Shown: positions 10,110 to 19,038 of the stretch, in pieces
How positions within the stretch are numbered: the stretch's first letter is position 1
How the letters are laid out: the number at the start of each line of letters is the position of its first letter
NCBI GenBank assembly: GCA_910579145.1
Contig: CAJTTQ010000001.1
Coordinates: forward strand, 13,695 to 77,694
From: an uncultured Eubacterium sp.
GTDB taxonomy: Bacteria > Bacillota > Clostridia > Lachnospirales > Lachnospiraceae
Direction: 5' to 3'
Length of the DNA stretch: 64,000 nt
Made by a program: the position numbers and the translations under genes
The notes under the pieces: generated by a model
Seen by the model: the letters and a program-made list of their open reading frames with translations, nothing else
What the model was told of the DNA's origin: nothing
Database searches by the model: none

Positions 10110-11672
10110 TCATGCCCCGGTATATTCGATGTAGTCAAAGGCGGCAGACGTATCGCTCTCATTTCCGTTTGCTGTCGCGTAAATGCCGATCGTATTTCCG
10201 ACAAAGCCGCCGGCGGCGTCCGTACAAAGGATGCGCCCGTCGAGTTTGTCCGCGATGGCCGTAAAGGAACCGTTTTCCCGGCAAAAGGAGAACGAGAGGT
10301 CCTGTCCGTCTGCTTCCAGCCGTAAGGTCAGCGCATGGCACGGGGCATCTAACACCGTTTCAGAGACGGTAGTGGCAGAGCCGTTTTCCGTTTTAACCAC
10401 GGACACTACAGTAGTAGATCCGTCTGTTCCTGCCAGACACTGGTAGTGGAATGCCGTGTTCTGGAAGATGACGATACCGGCCTGTTCATCTGTGCCCGCG
10501 GGTTCAAAGACGAGAGATGTTTCGAATCGGAAACTGAAATGTTTCTGGCGGAGACAGACGTAACTCGGAGTTCCGTCCGAACTGATCGTATCTTTCGCGC
10601 AGCGCAGCGAGAGGAATCCCTTTTTGGCTGTAAGGGAGTAGTTTCCTGCAACCGGATTCCGCAGGTACATCATGTGGAGCGGAAGCTGGCTGCCGTCAAA
10701 GTCTTCCCGCGACGGGACAGCTGGAGTGATCGACAGCGGTAGTCCTGGTGCTGGTCCAGACGGCTCTACGATACCCCTGCCCGGATTGATGACTGGCCAG
10801 CCATCTTCCCAGCAGAATGGGACGAGGAATGTCTCCCTGCCGAGGTTGCGGCAGTAGCCGCCATACGGACGGGATGCTAAAAGGACCATCCACCACTCGC
10901 CGCCCGGCGTCTGGACGATGTCAGGATGCCCGACGTTTACGATCGGATAGTGGAATCCGAGGTGGCGGTGGGTCAGGACCGGATTGCCCTTACAGCCTTC
11001 AAACGGTTCGGTCAGGCTTTTGCTCCGCGCGACGGAAACGGCGTGGTGGTGGGCTGTTCCGGCTTCGGAAATGAACAGGTAGTACCAGCCGTCCTTTTTG
11101 TAAATGTGCGGGCCTTCGGGCCATTCGACCTGGCGCAGCGCGCCGTGCCATGCCGGGTAGCTCTCGCCGGTCAGCTTTTTCGTCTCCAGATCGAGTTTTT
11201 GTATGTAGATTTCATTGTCCCCGAAATATCTGGCGCCCTCGCGTCTCGGTTTCGTACCGCAGTACCAGCATGTGCCGTCGTCATCGAAAAAGAGTGACGG
11301 GTCGATGCCTTCCGAGCCGAGAGGATACGGTTCTGACCACGGGCCGGCCGGGTCTTTGGCCGTGACGAAAAAGTTCCCGAGGGCGGAACTTACATTTGTC
11401 GTGATCATGTAAAAGGTGCCGTCGTGGTAGCGGAGCGTCGGGGCGAAAATGCCCTGGCTGACGTCTGCGCCTGCCAGCGGGAGCTGTTCGTTTCGGTCGA
11501 GGATATTTCCGATCTGTTCCCAGTGGATGAGGTCCCGGCTGTGGAAGATCGGTACGCCTGGGAAGTAGGCGAAGGTAGATGTTACCAGATAATAGTCATC
11601 CTCTACCCGGCAGATGGAAGGGTCGGGATAAAATCCCGGAAGGATGGGATTTGTAAATGTGGGATTGTACAT
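10110..11672 (-). CDS. GH43 beta-xylosidase/alpha-L-arabinofuranosidase (XynB-like, with C-terminal beta-sandwich), cytoplasmic
   Basis: NPILPGFYPDPSICRV, IFAPTLRYH, GIDPSLFFDDDG, EGPHIYK, GHPDIV, LGRETFL, AGGFVG; no signal peptide. Confidence 0.93.
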   Translation of the reverse strand: MYNPTFTNPILPGFYPDPSICRVEDDYYLVTSTFAYFPGVPIFHSRDLIHWEQIGNILDRNEQLPLAGADVSQGIFAPTLRYHDGTFYMITTNVSSALGNFFVTAKDPAGPWSEPYPLGSEGIDPSLFFDDDGTCWYCGTKPRREGARYFGDNEIYIQKLDLETKKLTGESYPAWHGALRQVEWPEGPHIYKKDGWYYLFISEAGTAHHHAVSVARSKSLTEPFEGCKGNPVLTHRHLGFHYPIVNVGHPDIVQTPGGEWWMVLLASRPYGGYCRNLGRETFLVPFCWEDGWPVINPGRGIVEPSGPAPGLPLSITPAVPSREDFDGSQLPLHMMYLRNPVAGNYSLTAKKGFLSLRCAKDTISSDGTPSYVCLRQKHFSFRFETSLVFEPAGTDEQAGIVIFQNTAFHYQCLAGTDGSTTVVSVVKTENGSATTVSETVLDAPCHALTLRLEADGQDLSFSFCRENGSFTAIADKLDGRILCTDAAGGFVGNTIGIYATANGNESDTSAAFDYIEYTGA

Positions 11673-11749
11673 GTCAAAAATCTCCTTTTTCTAAAAATTT
11701 CCTTTTTGTTCATATTGCACCACGAAAATGCGCAAAATTTGTTAGGGTC

Positions 11750-11778
11750 ATTTTAATATAGGATGGATAAAATGTCAA
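11750..11778 (-). promoter_or_regulatory. SigA promoter for the GH43 gene
   Basis: Minus strand TTGACA-17-TAAAAT. Confidence 0.7.
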
Positions 11779-11838
11779 ATCGCCCAATTTTCCCCGTTCA
11801 CTTTTTGTTCATTATTCATAAAAAAATGTTCAAAACTA

Positions 11839-11867
11839 TAGACATGTCACAAAAACAGTGATATAAT
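11839..11867 (+). promoter_or_regulatory. SigA promoter for the uptake operon
   Basis: TAGACA-17-TATAAT with extended TG. Confidence 0.7.
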
Positions 11868-11979
11868 TGAGTATAAATTGTATGCAAAATATACAAATGA
11901 TTCAACGCAATGTGTCTTACAAAACCTGTTTTGTGAAGCGCATAAAAAAGAGAAAGGGCGAAAGGAGATTGCGACAGCT

Positions 11980-14900
11980 ATGTCAAAGTTGATGAAGAAA
12001 AAAGGCTTGAGGACATTCCTTGTGATTGTGGGTATCATCGCAGCTTTAGCGCTGTTTTTTACTCTAAAGGGTTCCTCGATCACCGACAACTCAGACAAAT
12101 ATGAAGGCGTGGATCTGGAAGCGGCGAGCGGAGAATATGGTCGTACCGATACATATTCCATTTACGCGGACACGCATGGGGATTCCATACCAGAGGGTGC
12201 CGGTAACACTTATGATCTGGATGTGTTCAGCTATACAGACAGCAGTAACGTGTCCAAGAGAAGCGGCATAGGGCCGGACAGTGACAAGGCTGATGCGCTG
12301 CAGATTCCAGAAGAAGGGTATGCAGAGTTTGAAGTGGATGTCAAACAGGCTGGATACTACAATTTGCTTGTGGAATATTATCCGACGACGGACGATGACG
12401 ACCGCGGGATTTCCATTGAGACGAAAGTGGAGATCAACGGGAAGGTGCCGTTCAGCGGCGCGGATGCGATAGCGTTCCAGCGTGTGTACACGGATGCGGC
12501 GGAGCCGACCAAGGACAATCAGGGAAATGAGATTCGGGCAGCACAGATTGAGGATCCGAACAGAAGCTGGATGTCCGCGTATTTTGAAGATGCGACGGGG
12601 TATGAAGTTGAGCCGTATCGGTTTTATCTCGAAGCAGGTAAAAATACGATCCGTCTGACCGGAGTGAATGAAAAATTCCTGATCCGGAAGCTGACGGTTG
12701 GAAATAGGAAAAAGACGCCTGCGTATGCGGACTACGCACAGGAAAATTCAGGTAAGGCGAACAGTGTATCGGATTATCTGGATAAGATCCAGGGAGAGAC
12801 GGCAGTCAGACGTTCGGCACCGTCCCTGTACGCAAGTTATGACCGTGGGTCCGGCGATACCGAGTACGCGAATAAGGAAAGCGGAGAGGTCACGATCGGA
12901 AATACCGATAAGCAGGTGCTCAACATGACCGGCGGTACCCAGTGGAAAGTGGCCAATGACTGGCTGGAATGGGAAATGGAAGTTCCCGAAGAGGGAGATT
13001 ACGTGATCGGCATCAAGGGCCGTCAGGGATATAACCGTGGATACATAGCAAACCGTTCCCTCTACATCGACGGGGAGATCCCGTTTGAGGAAGTGTCACA
13101 GATCCGTTTTACATATAACAATCTGTGGGAAATGGTGTGCCTTCAGGATGAAAATGGCGAGGCGTACAAGTTTCATCTCGCAAAAGGAAAGCATGTGATC
13201 CGTCTGAAAAACACGCTGGGCGATCTCGGAGCGTATCTGTCACAGCTCTCCGACAGCGTATTCAATATGAATAAAATGTACCGTACGATCCTGGTACTGA
13301 CAGGAACGGAACCGGATGCGTACCGTGATTACCAGATCGAAAAGGTATATCCTGAAGTCATCGAGGCGATGAAGATCGAATCGAAGAGGCTTTACAAGCT
13401 GGTAGATGACGTGACTGCCTATGCGGGTGAGAAGAGCGGAGAGATTTCCGTGGCACAGACATTGGCAGCCCAGATGGAAAAATTTGTGGAGCGTCCCGAT
13501 AAGATCCCATCAACATTAAAGAATTTTAAAGAAAATATCAGTTCCCTCGGAACATCGATCAATAACCTGAGCGCGGCGTCAATGGATATTGACTACATAG
13601 CGATCGCGAGCAGCAAAGATAAGCTGCCGGAAGTATCCGAAAACGGATTTGATAAACTAGTACATGAGTGTATCCTTTTTGTCAATTCGTTCCGCAGCGA
13701 TTCTTCGGCGCTCGGTAACGTATACGATTCGAAGGATAAAGATGTTATTGACGTTTGGATCACGGCTGGCCGTGACCAGAGTACGATTTTGAAAAACATG
13801 GTTGACCAGTTGTTTACACCGAAAACGGGGATCAAGGTCAATGTCAAGCTGATCGACGCGGCGAACACAGCGACGTCTACCGGTGTCAACGCGATGCTTC
13901 CAGCCGTTATCTCTGGATTTGGCCCGGATGTGGCGCTTTGTATCGCGCAGACTGAGCCGGTCAACTACGCGCTGCGGAATGCCGTTGTAGACTTGCGCGA
14001 GTTCCCGGAACTGGATGATGTATTATCCGAATATTATGAGAGTTCCTACGTGTCCTATAAGTTTAACGGCGGACTTTTTGCCCTGCCAGAGACACAGAAC
14101 TATAATGTGATGTTCTATCGTACAGACATTATGGGAGATCTCGGAATTGATGTGGAAAAGGATGTCAATACGTGGGATGACGTGTTGAAGATCCTGCCGG
14201 TTCTGCAAAAGAGCAGTATGACATTTGCCGTGCCGAGTGTAGAGCGTAAGATCGGAAATACGACGAACCCTGACCTCGCGAACTACTATGCGCAGCTTTA
14301 CCAGCGAGGCGGTACACTCTATGACGAAGAGGCGATGCGTACAATGATCGGGGAACCCGAAGCGATCGAAGCCTTTGAGTTCTATACGAAATTGTTCACG
14401 AACTATAAACTGGAGAAACAGTATGACTTCGTAAACCGTTTCCGAAGCGGTGAGATGCCGATCGGTGTAGCCGATTACAACAACTTTAATACGCTGGCCG
14501 TTTTCGCACCGGAGATCAAAGGTCTTTGGAACTTCGCGATGATGCCTGGCGTGGAGCAGGAAGATGGCACGATCAACCGCGCGGTACAGTCGTGGGGTAC
14601 GTGTTCGATGATGTTGCGTGGCGCGGAAGACAGAGATAAGAAAGAGATCAGCTGGGAATTCCTCAAATGGTGGGCTAGTTCAGAAACACAGGCCAATTTC
14701 GCCAGCGAGCTTGAGGCTGTCATGGGTGCGTCGGCACGTTACGCGACGGCAAACAGAAAAACGTTTGAAACGTTGTCGTGGAGCAGCAGGGAGTCGGATG
14801 CACTGAAAGAGCAGTGGGAACATGCCTTTGGACTTCCAGAAGTTGCCGGGGGATATTACACATCCCGCCATATCACGAATGCGATCCGTAAAGTCATGAA

Positions 14901-15012
14901 CAACAATGAAGACCCGAGAGAGACTCTTCTTGATTATGTTATAACGATCGACGATGAGATTAGCAATAAACGGAAAGAGTTTGGACTTCCAACCCTGCCG
15001 AAAAATAATTAG
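11980..15012 (+). CDS. Very large (~1010 aa) membrane-anchored carbohydrate solute-binding protein with two CBM6/35-like jelly-roll domains
   Basis: AAGGAG RBS; N-terminal TM helix without lipobox; YAEFEVDVKQAGYYNL and WLEWEMEVPEEGDY..HLAKGKHVIRL; C-terminal sugar-SBP motifs (GPDVAL, ALPETQNYNVMFYRTDI, FRSGEMPIG, WEFLKWW). Confidence 0.85.
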   Translation: MSKLMKKKGLRTFLVIVGIIAALALFFTLKGSSITDNSDKYEGVDLEAASGEYGRTDTYSIYADTHGDSIPEGAGNTYDLDVFSYTDSSNVSKRSGIGPDSDKADALQIPEEGYAEFEVDVKQAGYYNLLVEYYPTTDDDDRGISIETKVEINGKVPFSGADAIAFQRVYTDAAEPTKDNQGNEIRAAQIEDPNRSWMSAYFEDATGYEVEPYRFYLEAGKNTIRLTGVNEKFLIRKLTVGNRKKTPAYADYAQENSGKANSVSDYLDKIQGETAVRRSAPSLYASYDRGSGDTEYANKESGEVTIGNTDKQVLNMTGGTQWKVANDWLEWEMEVPEEGDYVIGIKGRQGYNRGYIANRSLYIDGEIPFEEVSQIRFTYNNLWEMVCLQDENGEAYKFHLAKGKHVIRLKNTLGDLGAYLSQLSDSVFNMNKMYRTILVLTGTEPDAYRDYQIEKVYPEVIEAMKIESKRLYKLVDDVTAYAGEKSGEISVAQTLAAQMEKFVERPDKIPSTLKNFKENISSLGTSINNLSAASMDIDYIAIASSKDKLPEVSENGFDKLVHECILFVNSFRSDSSALGNVYDSKDKDVIDVWITAGRDQSTILKNMVDQLFTPKTGIKVNVKLIDAANTATSTGVNAMLPAVISGFGPDVALCIAQTEPVNYALRNAVVDLREFPELDDVLSEYYESSYVSYKFNGGLFALPETQNYNVMFYRTDIMGDLGIDVEKDVNTWDDVLKILPVLQKSSMTFAVPSVERKIGNTTNPDLANYYAQLYQRGGTLYDEEAMRTMIGEPEAIEAFEFYTKLFTNYKLEKQYDFVNRFRSGEMPIGVADYNNFNTLAVFAPEIKGLWNFAMMPGVEQEDGTINRAVQSWGTCSMMLRGAEDRDKKEISWEFLKWWASSETQANFASELEAVMGASARYATANRKTFETLSWSSRESDALKEQWEHAFGLPEVAGGYYTSRHITNAIRKVMNNNEDPRETLLDYVITIDDEISNKRKEFGLPTLPKNN

Positions 15013-15029
15013 AGAGGAGAGCAAAATGT

Positions 15030-15965
15030 ATGAAGTTTCTAGTAAAGTATACACAGATTAAGAAACGGAATATGGGGATTGCGTGGAAAAAGGCAAAAAT
15101 GTCGAAAACCTGTTATCTGTTTCTGCTGCCATATGCGATCGTGTTTACAGCGTTCTATATTTTGCCGGTGTGTATGTCGATCTTTTACAGCTTTACATAC
15201 TACAACGTGCTGGAACCAGCGAAGTTTACCGGCCTAGAGAACTATATAGACCTGCTTCTGTCTGATGACGTGTTCCTGATCGCCATCAAGAACACATTCC
15301 TTCTGGCGGCGATCACAGGCCCGCTCGGATATATCATGTCCTTTATCTTCGCGTGGTTTATCAATGAGCTGCCCAGATATATCCGTGCCTTTGCCGTGTG
15401 TGTGTTCTACGCGCCTACGATTTCCGGCCAGGCGTACATGGTATGGTCGATCTTGTTCAGTGGAGACGCGTACGGATATGTGAATGCGTTCCTGATCAAA
15501 TTTGGATTTATCAGTGAGCCGGTTTTGTGGCTTACCGATGTAAAGTACATGATGAACGTCGTGATCATCATCGTACTCTGGATGAGTCTCGGTACCGGAT
15601 TCCTTTCCTTCGTGGCAGGACTGCAGGGTATTGATGCCTCCCAGTTTGAGGCCGGTTATGTGGACGGCGTCAAAAACCGCTGGCAGGAATTGTGGTATAT
15701 CACCCTGCCAAACATGAAGCCGATGCTTCTGTTCGGTGCGGTTATGGCAATTACGCAGTCATTCGGCGTCGCGGACGTCACGATGGCGCTGTGTGGATTC
15801 CCAAGTACCGACTATGCGGCGCGAACTGTTGTCACCCATCTGATCGACTATGGTACGACGCGATTTGAGATGGGATACGCCTCAGCGATAGCGACGATCC
15901 TATTTGTCGTTATGATCGTTTGTAACAAAGCGATCCAGGCATTGCTGAGCAAAGTTGGAACTTGA
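15030..15965 (+). CDS. Carbohydrate ABC transporter permease (MalF-like)
   Basis: FTGLENY; AGLQGIDASQFEAGYVDG EAA loop; MGYASA. Confidence 0.93.
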   Translation: MKFLVKYTQIKKRNMGIAWKKAKMSKTCYLFLLPYAIVFTAFYILPVCMSIFYSFTYYNVLEPAKFTGLENYIDLLLSDDVFLIAIKNTFLLAAITGPLGYIMSFIFAWFINELPRYIRAFAVCVFYAPTISGQAYMVWSILFSGDAYGYVNAFLIKFGFISEPVLWLTDVKYMMNVVIIIVLWMSLGTGFLSFVAGLQGIDASQFEAGYVDGVKNRWQELWYITLPNMKPMLLFGAVMAITQSFGVADVTMALCGFPSTDYAARTVVTHLIDYGTTRFEMGYASAIATILFVVMIVCNKAIQALLSKVGT

Positions 15966-15982
15966 GAGGAGGTATAACGGCG

Positions 15983-16846
15983 ATGAAATTGATCAAGCTG
16001 AAAAGAAGAAAACCGAATCGTTCCCGCGGTGGAGATTTGGGGATTTACATTATGTTGATCTTGTTTGGTTTATTCTTTGTTATGCCTTTGGTATATGCAA
16101 TCAGCAGTGCGTTTAAACCGTTGGATGAGATTTATCTCTATCCGCCAAGATTTTTCGTGAAAAACCCGACATTCAATAACTTTCAGGATTTGCTTGTTGT
16201 CATGTCGAGTTCGTATGTGCCATTTACCCGTTACGTGTTTAATACGGTATTGACCACGCTGGTCGGTACGCTCGGGCATCTGCTCATCGGTTCGATGGCA
16301 GCGTATGTACTTGCTAAATACAGCTTTCCGGGCGGCAAGGGATTTTTCAACCTCTGCCAATCAGCCCTGATGTTTAACGTATACGTGCTTCAGATCCCGA
16401 CCTATCTGATCATGTCACAGCTCGGATGGGTGGATACCTATCTGGCGCTCATCGTGCCTGCGTTCGCGCTCCCGATGGGACTCTTCCTCATGAAGCAGTT
16501 TATGGAGCAGATCCCGGACGCGCTCATCGAGGCGGCGAAGATCGACGGCGCGCGGGAAGGACGTATTTATCTGCAGATTGTCATGCCGAACGTAAAACCG
16601 GCGTGGCTGACTGTAACGATCTTCTCTGTACAGAACCTTTGGAACCAGAAAGGACAGGTGTATATCTATTCGGAAGAATATAAGATGCTGCCATACGCGC
16701 TGCAGCAGATCATGTCTGGTGGTGTGGCCCGTGCCGGCGTCGGTTCAGCGGCTACGATGGTCGTTATGATGGTTCCGATCGTCATATTCATTATGGCACA
16801 GAGTAATATTTTGGAAACAATGGCTAGTTCGGGTATTAAAGACTGA
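15983..16846 (+). CDS. Carbohydrate ABC transporter permease (MalG-like)
   Basis: IPDALIEAAKIDGA EAA loop; C-terminal SSGIKD. Confidence 0.93.
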   Translation: MKLIKLKRRKPNRSRGGDLGIYIMLILFGLFFVMPLVYAISSAFKPLDEIYLYPPRFFVKNPTFNNFQDLLVVMSSSYVPFTRYVFNTVLTTLVGTLGHLLIGSMAAYVLAKYSFPGGKGFFNLCQSALMFNVYVLQIPTYLIMSQLGWVDTYLALIVPAFALPMGLFLMKQFMEQIPDALIEAAKIDGAREGRIYLQIVMPNVKPAWLTVTIFSVQNLWNQKGQVYIYSEEYKMLPYALQQIMSGGVARAGVGSAATMVVMMVPIVIFIMAQSNILETMASSGIKD

Positions 16847-16862
16847 TAAAGGAGGATGAAAC

Positions 16863-18353
16863 ATGAGAGTATGTAAAAAAATAGCATCTGTGTTTGCTTT
16901 GGTACTTACCGCATCCGTCCTTTTGTGCAGTACCGGCGCCGAAGCGACAAGTTCGGATGGCAACCATTATACATACATCTATGACTGCTGGGGATACGAC
17001 AGGGAGTCGCCCGATGCCTATTCGGTAACACGGACGATCACTGGTTCGGACTTCGCGTGCGGGAATTTTGTAGATCCGGAAGGTCTGTACGTGATCGGCA
17101 ATGATATGTATGTGGTAGATACCGGAAACAGTAGAGTTGTGAAATTTACGTATGAAAACGATGTATTCACGATGGTGAAGGAGATCAAGCAATTTGATAA
17201 CAACGGCCAGCAGGATGCCCTGGCACAGCCGCAGGATGTATTTGTGGATGAGGAAGGTAATACTTATATCGCCGATACCGGAAACAAAAGGATCGTGCAT
17301 CTGGATCCCAGCGGAAAACTCGTGAAGGTGATCACAAGGCCGGAGGACGAGACAGTAGACCAGTCGACGGACTTTCTTCCGCAGAAACTTGTCGTTGACA
17401 GTTCAAAGCGGATCTTTACACAGGTTCAGAACGTAAACAAAGGATTTATGGAATTTGCGAGCGACGGAAGCTTTACCGGGTTTGTCGGCGCGAGCAAAGT
17501 AACGTATAACTTTTTGGAATATCTGTGGAAAATGATCGCGACAAAGGAGCAGAGAGCGCAGATGGATCTGTTCGTGCCGACGGAGTACAGTAACCTCTGT
17601 CTGGATTCCGAGGGATTTATTTATGCCACGATCGGCGTTATAGGTGAAGAGACCAACCCGTTGGACGCGCAGCCGATCCGTAAGCTGAATGCGAAAGGAA
17701 CGGATATACTCGTGCGTAACGGGTATTTTGAGCCGGCCGGGGATCTGTGGTGGGTCGGCCACGGCGAGATGAGCGGCCCTTCAAAATTTGTAGACATTGC
17801 CTGTCTGGATAACGATGTATACTATGGACTGGATAATACGAGAGGACGTATCTTCTCCTATGATTTCCAGGGTAACATGCTGTACGCGTTCGGCGGACAT
17901 GGTTATAAGGCCGGATATTTCATCAATCCGGTCGCGATCGAGGATCTCGGGGATACACTTGTTGTGCTGGACGCGAATCTCGGTTCGATCACGCAGTTTA
18001 CGCTGACCGAGTATGGAACTTATATCAATGAAGGACTTAGCCAGTATAAGCGCGGTGACTACGATGCCTCCGCAGCGACGTGGCAGAAAGTGCTTAAATT
18101 AAATGGTAACTATGACCAGGCGTATATCGGTATCGGCCGTGCTTATCTGAGACAGGAGAAGTATACGGAAGCGATGGAGTATTTTAAGTTGAAACTGGAT
18201 TCCACGAATTACTCCAAAGCGTATAAACTTTACCGGAAAGACTGGTTCGAAGAAAACATCGGGATCATTATTGCCGTTGTCGTAATCCTGATCCTCTTTG
18301 GCTATGGTTACGGATTTGTCAAGAAGGCAAGGAAGGAGGTAGAGAAAGGATGA
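16863..18353 (+). CDS. Exported NHL-repeat beta-propeller protein with TPR-like helices and C-terminal membrane anchor
   Basis: Signal peptide; PEGLYV..YVVDTGNSRV and PQDVFVD..YIADTGNKRI NHL repeats; WQKVLKLNGNYDQAYIGIGRAYL TPR-like; IGIIIAVVVILILF TM with basic tail. Confidence 0.85.
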   Translation: MRVCKKIASVFALVLTASVLLCSTGAEATSSDGNHYTYIYDCWGYDRESPDAYSVTRTITGSDFACGNFVDPEGLYVIGNDMYVVDTGNSRVVKFTYENDVFTMVKEIKQFDNNGQQDALAQPQDVFVDEEGNTYIADTGNKRIVHLDPSGKLVKVITRPEDETVDQSTDFLPQKLVVDSSKRIFTQVQNVNKGFMEFASDGSFTGFVGASKVTYNFLEYLWKMIATKEQRAQMDLFVPTEYSNLCLDSEGFIYATIGVIGEETNPLDAQPIRKLNAKGTDILVRNGYFEPAGDLWWVGHGEMSGPSKFVDIACLDNDVYYGLDNTRGRIFSYDFQGNMLYAFGGHGYKAGYFINPVAIEDLGDTLVVLDANLGSITQFTLTEYGTYINEGLSQYKRGDYDASAATWQKVLKLNGNYDQAYIGIGRAYLRQEKYTEAMEYFKLKLDSTNYSKAYKLYRKDWFEENIGIIIAVVVILILFGYGYGFVKKARKEVEKG

Positions 18354-19015
18354 GTTTTAAGCAACGAATTCTCAACAAAGAGAGTTGGGCTGCGTATCGT
18401 AGATCTTTACGCTTCTCACTTCACTGTATTGTCCGTCCGTTTGACGGCTTTTGGGATCTGACGCATGAAAAGAGAGGATCCCTGGCAGCTGCCAATACGC
18501 TGGTGGTCCTCGTTCTCCTGACCGTTTTGATCCGATTAGGGGGAACCAGTTTCGTATTCCTTCCGGTTCGCTGGAATGATGTAAACCTTTTGATGCAGAT
18601 CATGTCGTTTTTGCTTCCTTTTGTTGTATACTGTGTGGCAAACTGGTGTCTTACGACGCTGTTTGACGGGAAAGGAACGCTGAAAGACATTTATATGGGT
18701 ACGGCTTACGCGATGACGCCATATATTCTGATCCAGCTGCCACTTGTGGTATTAAGTAACTTTGTAACAGAAGAAGAGGGTGCGTTTTATTTATACTTTG
18801 GCTATTTCTCCTTTGTATGGTGCGGATTCCTGATCATAGCCTCTGTTATGATGATCCATGACTTCCTTCTGGGAAAAGCATTTCTTGCACTTGTTTTTAC
18901 CGGTGTGGGCATGCTGGTGATCGTGTTCCTGATGGTTCTCTTCTTCAGCTTGATCAGTGATGGTTTTGCATACTTCTATTCGTTGTATAAAGAAATCGTC
19001 TACCGATTCTATTAA
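18350..19015 (+). CDS. Yip1-family integral membrane protein
   Basis: RPFDGFWDL..EKRGS; NWCLTTLFDGKGTLKDIY..AYAMTPY; about five TM helices; ATGA overlap with the NHL gene. Confidence 0.8.
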   Translation: MSFKQRILNKESWAAYRRSLRFSLHCIVRPFDGFWDLTHEKRGSLAAANTLVVLVLLTVLIRLGGTSFVFLPVRWNDVNLLMQIMSFLLPFVVYCVANWCLTTLFDGKGTLKDIYMGTAYAMTPYILIQLPLVVLSNFVTEEEGAFYLYFGYFSFVWCGFLIIASVMMIHDFLLGKAFLALVFTGVGMLVIVFLMVLFFSLISDGFAYFYSLYKEIVYRFY

Positions 19016-19038
19016 ATGGAAGGAGGTTGATGTTCAGA

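Noticed and set aside
9889..10325. Several short ORFs over the tRNA region
   Set aside because: Explained by the tRNA, its terminator and the antisense GH43 end
11932..11946. cre-like site TGTGAAGCGCATAAA
   Set aside because: Right half does not fit the CcpA consensus; too weak to call
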